Source of the DNA: Agathobacter sp.
Lineage (GTDB): Bacteria > Bacillota > Clostridia > Oscillospirales > Acutalibacteraceae
Direction of reading: 5' to 3'
Length of the DNA: 62,509 nt
Assembly (NCBI GenBank): GCA_963656085.1
Contig: CAVKHV010000001.1
Location: 1 to 62,509 of the forward strand
Numbering within the stretch: the stretch's first letter is position 1; each line of letters opens with the position of its first letter. The notes beneath the pieces were generated by a model. The model ran no database searches, was not told the DNA's origin, and saw only the letters and a program-made list of their open reading frames with translations. Shown here piece after piece: positions 48,065 through 57,413 of the stretch. The position numbers and the translations under genes are program-made.

Positions 48065-48244
48065 TTATTTTATTATACAGCCGATATCGTCAAAGATATC
48101 GCCTATCGCCCGTGCGGCTTTTCCTGCTTTTTTAGTTAGAGTTTTTTTGTTTTTCATCGCCATTTTACCTACGATCACTGCGGTAGCGCCCGCCGCCATA
48201 CCCGCACCCATTCCTTTAATAAATGATGTTGCCTGTTTAGTCAT
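48065..48244 (-). CDS. Unlisted 59-aa small membrane protein (Gly/Ala zipper)
   Basis: My own translation is MTKQATSFIKGMGAGMAAGATAVIVGKMAMKNKKTLTKKAGKAARAIGDIFDDIGCIIK. RBS GAGAGGTG lies 6 nt upstream, and a hairpin plus T-tract lies downstream. It is one codon below the 60-aa ORF-track cutoff. Confidence 0.5.
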   Translation of the reverse strand: MTKQATSFIKGMGAGMAAGATAVIVGKMAMKNKKTLTKKAGKAARAIGDIFDDIGCIIK

Positions 48245-48289
48245 AATATCACCTCTCTGTTTGTTTTGTATTATTCTTTCCGCACACGG

Positions 48290-48781
48290 TTAAATATATT
48301 CAAAATTTGTTAATTTCACGGTCTGTTCGGTTTCGCTGAATTCTATATCGGTAATAAATCCGTCCGCCCGTATTTCTGTTTTGAATTCGCCCAAACCGCA
48401 ACTCCCGCTGCCCTTGCCGCCGCTGATTATATCGCAAACTGCTGCGGTAACACATCCGCCCAGCCTGTGAGAACCGACTCTTTCACCGCAGAATTCAATC
48501 TCAAATCTGCCGTCGGTATCGCGGATTATTTTCATTCCCCTGACCGTTTCGGGGGACAGAATTTCCGCCGTTACCGTGCCGTCCGCCGTTATTTTCCCCG
48601 TTGTTTTCACGTTTTCACCGTCATATATCTCAAAATCGCAGCGGTAACGGTCCGCCTTTATGTTTTGCGGTGTTCCGACTTTGCCGCACCCGGGCAAAAT
48701 AATAAACAGTGTGAGTATTATTATTGCCCACACTGTTTTTTCAAGGTATTTAGTTGCCAAATCAGTCACCCCGATGTTCAA
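48290..48781 (-). CDS. Putative lipoprotein
   Basis: Lipobox ILPGC|G after a TM-like signal. No family recognised. Confidence 0.55.
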   Translation of the reverse strand: MNIGVTDLATKYLEKTVWAIIILTLFIILPGCGKVGTPQNIKADRYRCDFEIYDGENVKTTGKITADGTVTAEILSPETVRGMKIIRDTDGRFEIEFCGERVGSHRLGGCVTAAVCDIISGGKGSGSCGLGEFKTEIRADGFITDIEFSETEQTVKLTNFEYI

Positions 48782-49682
48782 AATTCAGAAAACATTCGGG
48801 CAAGGAATTTATAATATCACCGGCGCACATTGCGGTTTGTGAAAATTGCTTTGCGGAAATATCACCCGCACAGGCGTGTATATATGCGCCGCATACAGCA
48901 GCGTGTTCGGCGCTCAGCCCTTGGCAGATCAGAGCGGTTATAATGCCCGAAAGGACATCACCGCTGCCCGCGGTCGCCATACCGCTGTTGCCTTTTCGGC
49001 AAATATACATATCTCCGTGCGGCACCGCTATAAGCGTGTTTTGACCTTTAAGCAGCGTTACCGCCTGCGTCATCTCGGCGATTTCCCGCGCTGCCGCCTG
49101 CCGTGACGTCTGTATTTCCGCCGCCGTTACGCCCAAAAGGCGCGCCGCCTCGCCCGGGTGGGGTGTTATAACGGTGTCTGCCCTGCGTTTCCTAATTAAA
49201 TCTATGCAGTCCACTGCGGCGTTTATGCCGTCCGCGTCCAATACGAGCGGCTTTTTTACGGTGTTTAAAACGGCTCTTACAAGTGCCCTCGTCCCTTCGC
49301 TTATCCCTATTCCGCATCCGAGCATAATCGCTCTGCAGCCGTCTGTCACTTCGTTAAGCAGTTTGGGGGTGCCTGCTGCGGTGCCGTCGAATTTACCGTC
49401 TTTTTGCGGCAAAAATTTAAAAACAGTTTCAGGTACTGCGGGTGCCGCAACCGCATATATGCATTCGGGTATTATAAGTTTGGCAATACCTACGCCGCTG
49501 CGTATCGCTGCCCGTGCGGAAAGTATCGCTGCGCCTGCCATACCGTAGCTGCCTGCTATAAGACCTGCCGTTCCGAAAGTTCCTTTGTTAGCGTCGGCAG
49601 GACGCTCGGGCAGACGTGCACGGACATATTCTTCGGTTATGTTTATAGGCGAAATATCGCCTACGGTTGAATATTTTGTCAT
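48762..49682 (-). CDS. nnrD: ADP-dependent NAD(P)H-hydrate dehydratase (YjeF C-terminal type)
   Basis: GTFGTAGLIAGSYGMAGAAILSARAA...GSGDVLSGIITAL pattern. Confidence 0.85.
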   Translation of the reverse strand: MTKYSTVGDISPINITEEYVRARLPERPADANKGTFGTAGLIAGSYGMAGAAILSARAAIRSGVGIAKLIIPECIYAVAAPAVPETVFKFLPQKDGKFDGTAAGTPKLLNEVTDGCRAIMLGCGIGISEGTRALVRAVLNTVKKPLVLDADGINAAVDCIDLIRKRRADTVITPHPGEAARLLGVTAAEIQTSRQAAAREIAEMTQAVTLLKGQNTLIAVPHGDMYICRKGNSGMATAGSGDVLSGIITALICQGLSAEHAAVCGAYIHACAGDISAKQFSQTAMCAGDIINSLPECFLNFEHRGD

Positions 49683-50059
49683 ATGCCGCCGACCTCCTTT
49701 TTTACCGCGGTAACGATTGCCGCCGCAGTCTTTTCGGTATGCGTCAGGCTTACGGATATGAGGTAACCGCGCGCCGTTTCCGCCGCCGTACCGCTGAGCA
49801 GCAGATGTGGTTGCCCGTTTTCGTCGTTTTGTACCTGTACCGTATGCAGGTATTCGCGCAAAAGTCCCGTTCCGAACGCCTTGCCGAATGCCTCCTTTGC
49901 CGCAAACCGTGCCGCTGCGGAACGAAATCTTCGTTCGCCTTTAAGCGACAAAAGATATTCGCGCTCAATTTCCCCGAACATACGGTCCACAGAGTTTTCG
50001 CGCTTTAATATGTCCTTTATCCGCGCGACTTCTACTAAATCTATCCCTGTTTTGATCAT
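49679..50059 (-). CDS. acpS: Holo-[acyl-carrier-protein] synthase
   Basis: 126 aa. MIKTGIDLVEV.RI...AARFAAKEAFGKA pattern. Confidence 0.9.
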   Translation of the reverse strand: MIKTGIDLVEVARIKDILKRENSVDRMFGEIEREYLLSLKGERRFRSAAARFAAKEAFGKAFGTGLLREYLHTVQVQNDENGQPHLLLSGTAAETARGYLISVSLTHTEKTAAAIVTAVKKEVGGI

Positions 50060-50595
50060 TGCTCTTTGTTCCTTAAATTATACGGCAAAAAGTGGTCTAT
50101 ACTTTCAAGCATCGTTTCATCGGGCGAAAAAACGAGTATACTGCGCCCGTGGCGGCGACTGTTTATAACAAGGTAGTGTTCCTGCATTTCTCCGCCGCAG
50201 GCGCGTACCGTTTTATTATATTGCGAAAGGTTTATGGTTTCGGGCGCGTACTTTCCGAACTCCTCAACCTCCGTAAGATTAATTGCCGCAACAGGATAAC
50301 GGCGGCTTTTGGATATCACCTTGTCAACCGTAAAACGATCCCCTGTCAGGGTATAGTCATACTCTTTGTCGACCCATTTTGCCGACATACGCGCAAAATA
50401 CAAAGCCATTGCCGCCATACCGAACTGAACCACGGGCAGAACCGTTCCGGCGGTGTAGCGGATAAGGTAGAGTATAAATGCCGCAACTATCACACCGACC
50501 ACCCAACTTAAAACCTTACGCAGCCGCGTCTTGTACGTTTTTGGGGATTTGACCGATTGCTCATAGTATTCCTGAAACATTGTTTTCACCTTCAA
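50056..50595 (-). CDS. Hypothetical two-TM membrane protein
   Basis: ORF translationally coupled to acpS and overlapping the maf stop. No family confidently recognised. Confidence 0.5.
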   Translation of the reverse strand: MKVKTMFQEYYEQSVKSPKTYKTRLRKVLSWVVGVIVAAFILYLIRYTAGTVLPVVQFGMAAMALYFARMSAKWVDKEYDYTLTGDRFTVDKVISKSRRYPVAAINLTEVEEFGKYAPETINLSQYNKTVRACGGEMQEHYLVINSRRHGRSILVFSPDETMLESIDHFLPYNLRNKEQ

Positions 50596-51157
50596 TAATT
50601 TCGGGGCATAACCTGTAAAGCAGACGTACAGGAAGCCCGACCACGTTAAAATAACTGCCGTTGATCTTCTTTATAAAACATGCCGCCGATCCCTGTACGG
50701 CATATGCGCCCGCTTTGTCAAGCACATATTCCCGTGAAATATAAGCTGATATCTGCGCTTCGCTTAATTTATCAAAAGAAACTTCGGTAACATCAAAATC
50801 CGTTAAGATTTTGCCGCAATTTATAACGGTCAATCCGCTTATAACACGGTGGGTGTTTCCGGAAAGTGCGCGCAGCATACGGCGGGCGTCCTCCTCCGTT
50901 TTCGGCTTACCGAAAATTTCGTCTCCGAGTGCCACAACGGTGTCGCAGCCGATTATTACCGTGTTGCTTATATCGTCCGCGCTTAGTTTTTGCGCTGCGG
51001 CTTCCGCCTTTCGGCGGGAGAGCAGACAGCAAAGTTCTTCGGGGTTGCGAATATCGCTGTTTTCATCCGTGTCGGCAACGCGCACAGTAAATTCAACGCC
51101 TAAATTTTCAAGTATCTCGCGCCGCCGCGGCGACGCTGACGCCAATATTATCTCCAT
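50561..51157 (-). CDS. maf: Maf-family nucleoside triphosphate pyrophosphatase
   Basis: IILASASPRRREIL...GCDTVV...KAGAYA.QG pattern. Confidence 0.9.
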   Translation of the reverse strand: MEIILASASPRRREILENLGVEFTVRVADTDENSDIRNPEELCCLLSRRKAEAAAQKLSADDISNTVIIGCDTVVALGDEIFGKPKTEEDARRMLRALSGNTHRVISGLTVINCGKILTDFDVTEVSFDKLSEAQISAYISREYVLDKAGAYAVQGSAACFIKKINGSYFNVVGLPVRLLYRLCPEIIEGENNVSGIL

Positions 51158-51299
51158 TTAATTGTTCAGCCGCCCTTCGGTCTGTAAATTTAAAAAGGTT
51201 TTCCGCGCCGATATTGCCCCGAACGCGGAAAACCTCACTAACCGGTTTACCGGCAAATTACTGTATTTTTACGGCAGTGACAGCCACCGCTTGACAGGC

Positions 51300-53498
51300 T
51301 TATCTTCTTTTAAAGCCTCTTCTCTGACGGTCGCCGTTCTGCGGTCTGCGCGGACGGAAACCTTCGTCGGCATCGTCGGCTACTACCGCGCCTTCAACCT
51401 CAACAAGCGCATCGCGGCGTGAAAGATTAAGTCTGCCCTGGTCGTCAATTTCCGTAACTTTAACGATAACTTCATCGCCTACATTTACAACGTCTTCAAC
51501 CTTGTCAACACGTTTAACATCAAGTTGACTTATGTGCACAAGACCCTCTTTTCCGGGGGCAATCTCAACAAACGCGCCGAATGTCATAAGTCTTGTTACT
51601 TTGCCTTTGTATATTGCACCGATCTCGGGGTCGTTGGCTATGGTTTCAATAATTGAAATCGCCTGGCGGGCTTTGTCAATATCAATTGCGGATACAAATA
51701 CGTGACCGTCCTCTTCAATATTGATTGAGCATTCGCACTGTTCCTGTATAGACTGGATGACCTTGCCCTGCTTGCCGATAACGTCGCCTATCTTATCGGG
51801 TGAAATAACGGTTGTAAGCATTTTAGGCGCATATTTCGAGAGTTCTTTTCTCGGTTCGGCAATAACGGGAAGCATTATTTCATCAAGGATATAGTTGCGC
51901 GCCTTGTGGGTCTTTGCAAACGCTTCTTTGATGATTTCGGGTGTCAAACCGTGTACTTTAAGATCCATCTGTATGGCGGTAATGCCTTTTTTCGTTCCTG
52001 CTACCTTAAAGTCCATATCGCCGTAGAAGTCTTCAAGACCCTGAATGTCAACCATTGTCATAAAGTCGCCGTAAACGCCCCGGTCGCCTGTTATAAGTCC
52101 GCAGGAGATACCTGCAACAGGTGCCTTTATCGGTACGCCGGCAGCCATAAGCGCAAGGGTCGAACCGCAGATGGAAGCCTGTGAGGTTGAACCGTTTGAC
52201 GAAAGAACTTCCGAAACTACGCGGATAACATAGGGGAATTCTTCAATTGACGGAATAACCGGGACAAGCGCGCGTTCCGCAAGTGCGCCGTGACCTATCT
52301 CGCGGCGCCCCGGACCTCTTGAAGGTTTGGTCTCGCCGACCGAGTAGGACGGGAAGTTGTAGTGGTGAATGTATCTCTTTTCGGTCTGCTCATCAAGTCC
52401 GTCAAGGCGTTGTGCGTCCGACATCGAGCCGAGTGCAGCAACCGAGAGAACCTGCGTTTGACCGCGGGTAAACATACCCGAACCGTGCACGCGGGGGAGA
52501 AGGTCGATCTGTGCGTTAAGCGGACGGATCTCGTCAATTCCTCTGCCGTCAACACGTTTTTTCTCGTTTTTAAGCCAGTTTCTTACGACGTGCTTCTGGA
52601 TAAGGTACATAATCTCGTCAAGTTTTGCTTCTTTTCCTTCAAACTGCGCGTCATATTTTTCGTGAACCGCATTGTATATCGGCAAAAGGGCGGCGTCGCG
52701 CACCAGTTTATCGTCGGTGTCAAGCGCTTTTTTAACATCTTCAATGCAGAAGTTTTCAATTTCTTCAAGTATTGCCGGATCCGGGTCGTTCGACTCAAAC
52801 TCAAACTTCGGTTTGCCGATTTCGGCAACAATACCGTTTATAAATTTAACGATTTCCTTGTTTGCTTCATGGCCTTTCATTATAGCCTCAAACATCGTGT
52901 CGTCGTCAATTTCATTTGCGCCCGCCTCAATCATTGCAACAAGGTCTTCGGTTGAAGAAACGGTAAGGTCGAGTTCGGATTTTGCTCTTTGTTCCAAAGT
53001 CGGGTTGATAACGATCTCACCGTCAACCAAACCGACGCTGACGCTCGATATAGGTCCTGCCCACGGTATATCCGATATTGCAATAGCAGCCGAAACGCCG
53101 ATAGCGGCGGTTATTTCGGGGCTGCAATCAGGGTCAACCGACATAACGGTAGCAACAACCGAGCAATCGTTACGCATATCTTTCGGGAAAAGCGGACGTA
53201 TCGGACGGTCGATGCAGCGCGACGCAAGTATAGCCTTTTCGCTCGCCTTGCCTTCGCGGCGGCCGAACGAACCGGGTATTTTACCTACCGAGTACATTTT
53301 TTCTTCGTAATCAACCGAAAGCGGGAAGAAGTCAACCCCTTCTCTCGGCTTGGCGGATGCCGTTACGGTGCAAAGTACGCTGGTTTCACCGTAGCAGGCA
53401 AGCACCGACGCATTTGCAAGTTGAGCCATTTTGCCGGTTTCAAGTCTTAACGGTCTGCCGGCAAGCGTGGTTTCGTAAACTTTGTAGTTTTCAAACAT
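51300..53498 (-). CDS. pnp: Polyribonucleotide nucleotidyltransferase (PNPase)
   Basis: Start chosen at MFENYKVYE after RBS GGAGG. Two RNase PH domains, KH and S1, and an Arg-rich tail. Confidence 0.95.
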   Translation of the reverse strand: MFENYKVYETTLAGRPLRLETGKMAQLANASVLACYGETSVLCTVTASAKPREGVDFFPLSVDYEEKMYSVGKIPGSFGRREGKASEKAILASRCIDRPIRPLFPKDMRNDCSVVATVMSVDPDCSPEITAAIGVSAAIAISDIPWAGPISSVSVGLVDGEIVINPTLEQRAKSELDLTVSSTEDLVAMIEAGANEIDDDTMFEAIMKGHEANKEIVKFINGIVAEIGKPKFEFESNDPDPAILEEIENFCIEDVKKALDTDDKLVRDAALLPIYNAVHEKYDAQFEGKEAKLDEIMYLIQKHVVRNWLKNEKKRVDGRGIDEIRPLNAQIDLLPRVHGSGMFTRGQTQVLSVAALGSMSDAQRLDGLDEQTEKRYIHHYNFPSYSVGETKPSRGPGRREIGHGALAERALVPVIPSIEEFPYVIRVVSEVLSSNGSTSQASICGSTLALMAAGVPIKAPVAGISCGLITGDRGVYGDFMTMVDIQGLEDFYGDMDFKVAGTKKGITAIQMDLKVHGLTPEIIKEAFAKTHKARNYILDEIMLPVIAEPRKELSKYAPKMLTTVISPDKIGDVIGKQGKVIQSIQEQCECSINIEEDGHVFVSAIDIDKARQAISIIETIANDPEIGAIYKGKVTRLMTFGAFVEIAPGKEGLVHISQLDVKRVDKVEDVVNVGDEVIVKVTEIDDQGRLNLSRRDALVEVEGAVVADDADEGFRPRRPQNGDRQRRGFKRR

Positions 53499-53529
53499 AA
53501 ATATTCCTCCGTTCAATTTTTGGTTTTAC

Positions 53530-53634
53530 GGGGAATGACGAGGTTTAGCAATAAATCCGCCTTTCAGGGCTGCCGGTAAATCAGATCAGAACCTGCCTGA
53601 CAGGTCGATTTACCGCTAAAATCTTTCATTCCCC
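53530..53634 (-). promoter_or_regulatory. Long irregular hairpin in the pnp 5' leader (candidate RNase III / autoregulation site)
   Basis: Nested complementary blocks: GGGGAATGA (53530-38) with TCATTCCCC (53626-34), CGGTAAATC (53574-82) with GATTTACCG (53607-15), and ACCTG/CAGGT at the apex. Confidence 0.45.
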
Positions 53635-53666
53635 TTTTTTACACCGGGTTTAAGGCCCGATACAGT

Positions 53667-53704
53667 AAAAAAAGCTGACCGAACCCGTGCCGGGTTCGGC
53701 AGCT
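53667..53704 (-). terminator. rpsO terminator (partial read-through into pnp is likely)
   Basis: 13-14 bp GC-rich stem GCTGCCGAACCCG/CGGGTTCGGTCAGC followed by a U-tract on the minus strand. Confidence 0.7.
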
Positions 53705-53713
53705 GATTTTCTC

Positions 53714-53977
53714 TTACTTACGGATACCGAGCTTTTTGATAATGGCACGATATCTTTCAATATCTTTCTTCTGAAGATAAGCCAGAAGGTTTCTTCTGTG
53801 ACCTACCATTTTAAGCAGACCGCGTCTTGAATGATGGTCATTTTTATTGACCTTCAGATGTTCGGTAAGCTCGTTGATTCTTTTGGTGAGTACGGCAATC
53901 TGTACTTCGGGTGAACCTGTGTCGCCCTCGTGTGTGGCATACTCTGCAATAATCTTGTTCTTTTCTTCTTTAAGCAT
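53714..53977 (-). CDS. rpsO: 30S ribosomal protein S15
   Basis: [62 protein letters not shown]. Confidence 0.93.
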   Translation of the reverse strand: MLKEEKNKIIAEYATHEGDTGSPEVQIAVLTKRINELTEHLKVNKNDHHSRRGLLKMVGHRRNLLAYLQKKDIERYRAIIKKLGIRK

Positions 53978-54159
53978 AATTTCCACCTTTTTCAAATTTG
54001 TCCGCCGTAAACCGAGCAGAGGGTAGGTGACTTCCTTTTAAAGGCTTTCTCCCTAAGCACAGCACACGGTAGCTTTGCTATTATAGCATACAAATTCTCT
54101 TTTGTAAAGCGTTTTGTTTAATAAAATATTAAAAACAGCGTAAAAAACCGCCGCAGATA

Positions 54160-54187
54160 TTGACAACGGCGAAAATAGTGGTATTAT
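54160..54187 (+). promoter_or_regulatory. Promoter of the SAM riboswitch-metK transcript
   Basis: TTGACA, 16-nt spacer ending in TGG, then TATTAT. Confidence 0.55.
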
Positions 54188-54210
54188 ATATGTGTTAAAT
54201 TTAATATTAC

Positions 54211-54338
54211 CCTTATCAAGAGTGACGGAGGGACAAGGCCCTGTGAAGTCCGGCAACCTGTTTTTCAAGGTGCTAAATCCTGCGGTGTAACCGAAAGATG
54301 AGGTTATTTGGGCTCGCTTTCGGTGCGGGTCCTTTTTT
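54211..54338 (+). promoter_or_regulatory. SAM-I (S-box) riboswitch with intrinsic terminator
   Basis: CCTTATCAAGAGTGACGGAGGGACAAGGCCCTGTGAAGTCCGGCAACC...GGTGCTAAATCCTGC...GATGAGG matches the S-box core. The terminator is GGGCTCGC-TTTCGGT-GCGGGTCC (two G.U pairs, + strand) followed by TTTTTT. Confidence 0.88.
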
Positions 54339-54372
54339 CGTACTTGTCGGGGCATAAAGGAGATACCGTTTT

Positions 54373-55569
54373 ATGAACAAACATCTTTTCACATCCGAAT
54401 CGGTTACGGAGGGGCATCCGGACAAGGTCTGCGATATGATTTCCGATTCAATACTTGACGAAATAATCAAAAATGACCCGAACGCGCGCGTTGCCTGCGA
54501 AACATTCTGCACCACAGGCGTTATAACCGTTATGGGCGAAATAACGACCGATTGTTATGTCGATATTCCGAAAATTGCCCGCCGCGTAGTTAATCGGATA
54601 GGTTATGATTCGCCCGAAATGGGGTTTGACGGCAACACCTGTGCCGTTATGACCGCGATCGACGAGCAGTCGCCCGATATTGCAATGGGGGTTGACCGTT
54701 CGCTTGAACTTAAAAACGGCGACGATGATAAATATAACCTTAACGGCGCAGGTGACCAGGGTATGATGTTCGGTTATGCCTGCGACGAAACGCCCGAACT
54801 TATGCCGCTTACTATCTCGCTTGCACACCGTCTTGCCAAAAAACTTACCGAGGTGCGTAAAAACGGCACGCTTGATTACCTGCGCCCCGACGGTAAAACC
54901 CAGGTCACAATCGAGTTTGAGGACGGCGTTCCCACACGGCTTGATTCGGTAGTCGTTTCCACCCAGCATAAGGAGAGCGTATCGCTTGATAAATTGCGTG
55001 AAGATGTGCTTAATGAAGTAATAAAACCCACCGTTCCCAAAGAGCTTTGGAGTCAGGATACAAAGGTCTATATCAACCCGACAGGCCGCTTTGTAACAGG
55101 CGGACCGCAGGGCGACACAGGGCTTACGGGGCGTAAGATAATTGTTGATACCTACGGCGGATACGCCCGTCACGGCGGCGGCGCATTCAGCGGTAAAGAC
55201 CCCACAAAGGTCGACCGTTCGGCTGCCTATGCTGCCCGTAAGGTCGCCAAAAACATTGTCGCCGCAGGTCTTGCCAAAAGGTGTGAAGTCCAGCTTGCTT
55301 ACGCAATAGGCGTGGCAAAACCCGTTTCGGTTATGGTTGATACTTTCGGAACCGGCATATACCCGGACGAAGTAACCGCTTGCGCCGTGAATAAGGTTTT
55401 CGACCTGCGCCCGGCTGCAATAATCGACAACCTTAAATTACGAAACCCCATTTACAGTCAGCTTGCCGCCTACGGTCACGTAGGACGTGAAGACCTCGGG
55501 GTTGAGTGGGAAAAGACCGATAAAACAGAGGAGTTGAAATCTGCTGTTAAAAGTATTATAATGGAATAA
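54373..55569 (+). CDS. metK: S-adenosylmethionine synthase
   Basis: [16 protein letters not shown]...[12 protein letters not shown]...GGGAFSGKD. Confidence 0.95.
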   Translation: MNKHLFTSESVTEGHPDKVCDMISDSILDEIIKNDPNARVACETFCTTGVITVMGEITTDCYVDIPKIARRVVNRIGYDSPEMGFDGNTCAVMTAIDEQSPDIAMGVDRSLELKNGDDDKYNLNGAGDQGMMFGYACDETPELMPLTISLAHRLAKKLTEVRKNGTLDYLRPDGKTQVTIEFEDGVPTRLDSVVVSTQHKESVSLDKLREDVLNEVIKPTVPKELWSQDTKVYINPTGRFVTGGPQGDTGLTGRKIIVDTYGGYARHGGGAFSGKDPTKVDRSAAYAARKVAKNIVAAGLAKRCEVQLAYAIGVAKPVSVMVDTFGTGIYPDEVTACAVNKVFDLRPAAIIDNLKLRNPIYSQLAAYGHVGREDLGVEWEKTDKTEELKSAVKSIIME

Positions 55570-55640
55570 ATAAGGGTGCGGCAATGCGGCCTTTGCTGCG
55601 CCGCAATTCGTCAAAACAACTAAACGAGAGGTAGCGTTTT

Positions 55641-57413
55641 ATGTACAAGCAGTTATTCCCAACCACCGGTTTTATAAAGATGCTGGGTGCTTATGCTGAG
55701 CGGTACCCCTCGATTTTTAATACCGTCGGCGACGTGCTGAAATTTGTTTTTCCGCTGCTTGCCCTTGTAATAATTTTAAGTGCGGTCAAAAGGCTTTTAA
55801 AGGTTCCCAATAAACCCGAAGTCTGGGCACAGCTTAAAATGCCGGACGGCAGCATATCCCCGTTGTCCAACTGGGAGAATATTATAGGCAGATCCGGTAA
55901 AAGCGACGTAATTCTTAAATTTGCAACCATATCGCGGCAGCACGCCGCAATTATAAGGAATGAGGACGGCAGCTGGACGCTGCACGACCTTGCAGGCAAA
56001 AAAAGCACCTGCGTTAATGATACGCCGATAATCCGCCGCCGCCTGAAGTACGGTGATGTTTTCACGCTCGGCGGCGCTGAAATTACGCTTCTGCCGCCCC
56101 CGGAAACCGAGGACCTTTATTCTTCAAACCGCAAAAAGGCGGAAGGAAAACGCGCAAAATATCCTATGGGCTCGTTTTTGGTGATAACTCTGTTCCAACT
56201 TTTAGCCCTTGTACAGTTGACCGTGTCGTACGGTTCCGCCGTGCCGAACAGCCTTTATTTTCTCTGTCCGGGGCTTACGGCGGTTATGTGGATATATTTT
56301 ATATTTTTAAGGATACTCGGCTGCGGAGGGCTTGAAATGGAGGAGATAGCCTTCTGGCTTTCCACATTGTCGCTCTCGGTTACGGCGTCCGCCGCCCCCG
56401 GTTCGATGTTTAAGCAATTTGCCACAATATGCGCCGGTATCGTTTTTATGATTGTTATAGAGCTGCTGATACGGGACTTAAAACGTGTAAAAAAACTGCG
56501 CTGGCTTGCTGCCGCCGCTACTGTGGGACTGTTGCTCCTTACCATAGTCTGCGGCACTAACAGAAACGGCGCAACGGCGTGGATATCGCTCGGTACATTT
56601 TCGTTCCAACCGTCCGAGATCGCAAAGGTGTGCTATATATTTGCAGGTGCCGCCACGCTTGACCGACTTTTTGTAAAGCGCAATTTCGGTATGTTTATTT
56701 TGCTTACGCTGCTGTGTCTCGGCTGCTTGGCACTTATGAACGACTTTGGTACGGCGCTTATATTCTTTATAGTATTTTTGGTTATAATATTCCTGCGTTC
56801 GGGCGATTATACCGCGGTAATGATGATATGCGCCGCCGCAGGTTTCGGCGGAGTCCTGCTGCTTAAATTTAAATCGCATATAGTAAGCCGATTTGAGGCG
56901 TGGGGCAAGGTCTGGCAGTTTACCGATTCATTGGGCTTTCAGCAAACGCGCGCTATGTCTGCCGCCGCGTCGGGCGGCGTAGTCGGCAAGGGCGCAGGCA
57001 ACGGCTGGCTTAAAAACGTATTTGCCGCCGATACCGACCTGGTTTTCGGTATGCTGTGCGAAGAATGGGGGCTTATAATCGCCGTGTTGGCGGTGATATC
57101 GGTAGTTGTGCTTTGTGTTTTTGCCGTTCGCGCTTCTAAAAACAGCCGTTCAAGTTTTTATACAATATCTGCCTGTGCGGCAACCTCTTTGCTTGTTTTC
57201 AGTATGATGCTTAATGTTTTCGGTACCGTGGATCTGCTGCCGCTGACCGGCGTTACTTTCCCCTTTGTTTCAAACGGCGGCTCGTCTATGATCTGCTGCT
57301 GGGGATTGTTGGCGTTTTTAAAGTCGACCGACGCTCGTCCGAACTCAAATATAGCGGTAAAAGTTTTTGAAAACTACTTCAAAAAAAGCGGAAAGGCAGG
57401 TGCGGATAAATGA
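55641..57413 (+). CDS. FHA domain fused to an FtsW/RodA/SpoVE-family (SEDS) protein
   Basis: The N-terminal TM segment is followed by an FHA pattern (IIGRSGKSDVILKFATISRQHAAIIRNEDGSWTLHDL..K..T.VND..I....LKYGDVFTLGG). Next comes a ~10-TM SEDS core ending GVTFPFVSNGGSSM. Confidence 0.8.
   Translation: MYKQLFPTTGFIKMLGAYAERYPSIFNTVGDVLKFVFPLLALVIILSAVKRLLKVPNKPEVWAQLKMPDGSISPLSNWENIIGRSGKSDVILKFATISRQHAAIIRNEDGSWTLHDLAGKKSTCVNDTPIIRRRLKYGDVFTLGGAEITLLPPPETEDLYSSNRKKAEGKRAKYPMGSFLVITLFQLLALVQLTVSYGSAVPNSLYFLCPGLTAVMWIYFIFLRILGCGGLEMEEIAFWLSTLSLSVTASAAPGSMFKQFATICAGIVFMIVIELLIRDLKRVKKLRWLAAAATVGLLLLTIVCGTNRNGATAWISLGTFSFQPSEIAKVCYIFAGAATLDRLFVKRNFGMFILLTLLCLGCLALMNDFGTALIFFIVFLVIIFLRSGDYTAVMMICAAAGFGGVLLLKFKSHIVSRFEAWGKVWQFTDSLGFQQTRAMSAAASGGVVGKGAGNGWLKNVFAADTDLVFGMLCEEWGLIIAVLAVISVVVLCVFAVRASKNSRSSFYTISACAATSLLVFSMMLNVFGTVDLLPLTGVTFPFVSNGGSSMICCWGLLAFLKSTDARPNSNIAVKVFENYFKKSGKAGADK

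Noticed and set aside
47927-48293. The + strand ORFs 47927..48139 and 48033..48293.
   Set aside because: They have no RBS. They overlap a bidirectional terminator and are antisense to a better-supported 59-aa minus-strand gene with a strong RBS.
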